A DNA stretch of 36,180 bases from Octopus bimaculoides. Lineage: Eukaryota. The position numbers and the translations under genes are program-made. A model generated the notes under the pieces. It was given only the letters and a program-made list of their open reading frames with translations, was not told where the DNA came from and searched no databases. Positions 35,264 to 36,180 of the stretch are shown in pieces; the stretch's first letter is position 1; every line of letters starts with the position of its first letter. Where the stretch lies: the NCBI RefSeq assembly GCF_001194135.2, contig NC_068991.1, forward strand, positions 55,820,054 through 55,856,233, in the 5' to 3' direction.

Positions 35264-36180
35264 AAGGCTAAAACTATAGGCTAACATATCGAAACTATAG
35301 GCTAAAATATCTAACTTGTGTAGGCTGAATATTTGAGTCTATAGTTTAGCCTATAGTTTCGTTTTTTAGCCTATCATTTAGATATTCAGTCTATACTTTT
35401 GATATGTGAGCCTTTAGTTTAGGTAATATGAAATATTTTAGCTTATAGTTTCGATATTGAGCCTACAGTTAAGATATTTTAGCCTTTACGTAATATATTT
35501 TAGCCTATCGATATTTGAGCCTATGCTTCAGTTATTTTAGACATGTGTGCCTATAGTTGAGATATTGTAGCCTATAATTTCGATATGTGAGCCTATAGTT
35601 TTAGCGTATACTATGAGACTAGCCTATAGTTTAGATATTCAGCCTATAGTTTACCCTATAGTTTTAGCCTATAGTTTTAGTCTATAGTTTACATATCCAG
35701 CCTATAGTTTAGCCTATAGTTTTAGACTTAGCCTATAGTTTTAGCCTATAGTTTAGATATTCAGCCTATAGTTTAGTTTTAGCCTATAGTTTAGATATTC
35801 AGCCTATAGTTTAGCGTTTTAGCCTATAGTCTTAGTCTATAGTTTAGCCTATAGTTTACAAATCCAAACTAAATGCTCAAATATCTAAGGTATATGCTAA
35901 AGTACCTAAAATATAGACTCAATATCGAAACTATAGGCTAAAATATTTCAAATTAACTAAATTATAGGCTCAAATATCGAGACAATAGGCTATCGAAATT
36001 ATAGGCTACAATATCTAAATTATAGGCTAAAATAATTAAACTATCGGCTCAAATATCGAAAATATAGGCAAAAATATCTAGGCTCAAATATCGAAACTAT
36101 AGGCAGGCTTATTGAAACTATAGGCTAAAATACCTAAAATACATGCTAAAATACAAAATCGAAACTATAGGGTAAATATA
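35264..36180. repeat. Satellite-like array of AGCCTATAGTTT-core units with two orientation switches; runs off the window end
   Basis: CTATAGGCT orientation 35264-35325, AGCCTATAG orientation ~35330-35858, CTATAGGCT orientation ~35880-36180. Confidence 0.9.

Noticed and set aside
35264-36180. CRISPR-like appearance of short recurring repeats
   Set aside because: No constant repeat with unique spacers, no cas genes, eukaryotic context.

Overview
AT-rich, repeat-dense animal genomic DNA with 9 assembly gaps and many microsatellites. The tRNA-headed SINE families look like ones I recall from Octopus (inference from memory, not a search). No intact long ORF exists; most ORF-track entries are microsatellite or N-gap artefacts. 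Identified: decayed LINE fragments (R4/Dong-like RLE, CR1/Jockey-like RT, RTE-like), Tc1/mariner remnants (an internally deleted mariner with both TIRs, a MITE, a DD41D-like fragment), four SINE-like families, and a phase-compatible chain of candidate + strand exons for an unrecognised protein. Most notable are four minimal type-I hammerhead ribozyme motifs with palindromic stem III, as in Penelope-like elements. Two of them face outward from the inner ends of a 206-bp, ~96% identical inverted repeat. Coordinates were counted by hand and may be off by a few bases.
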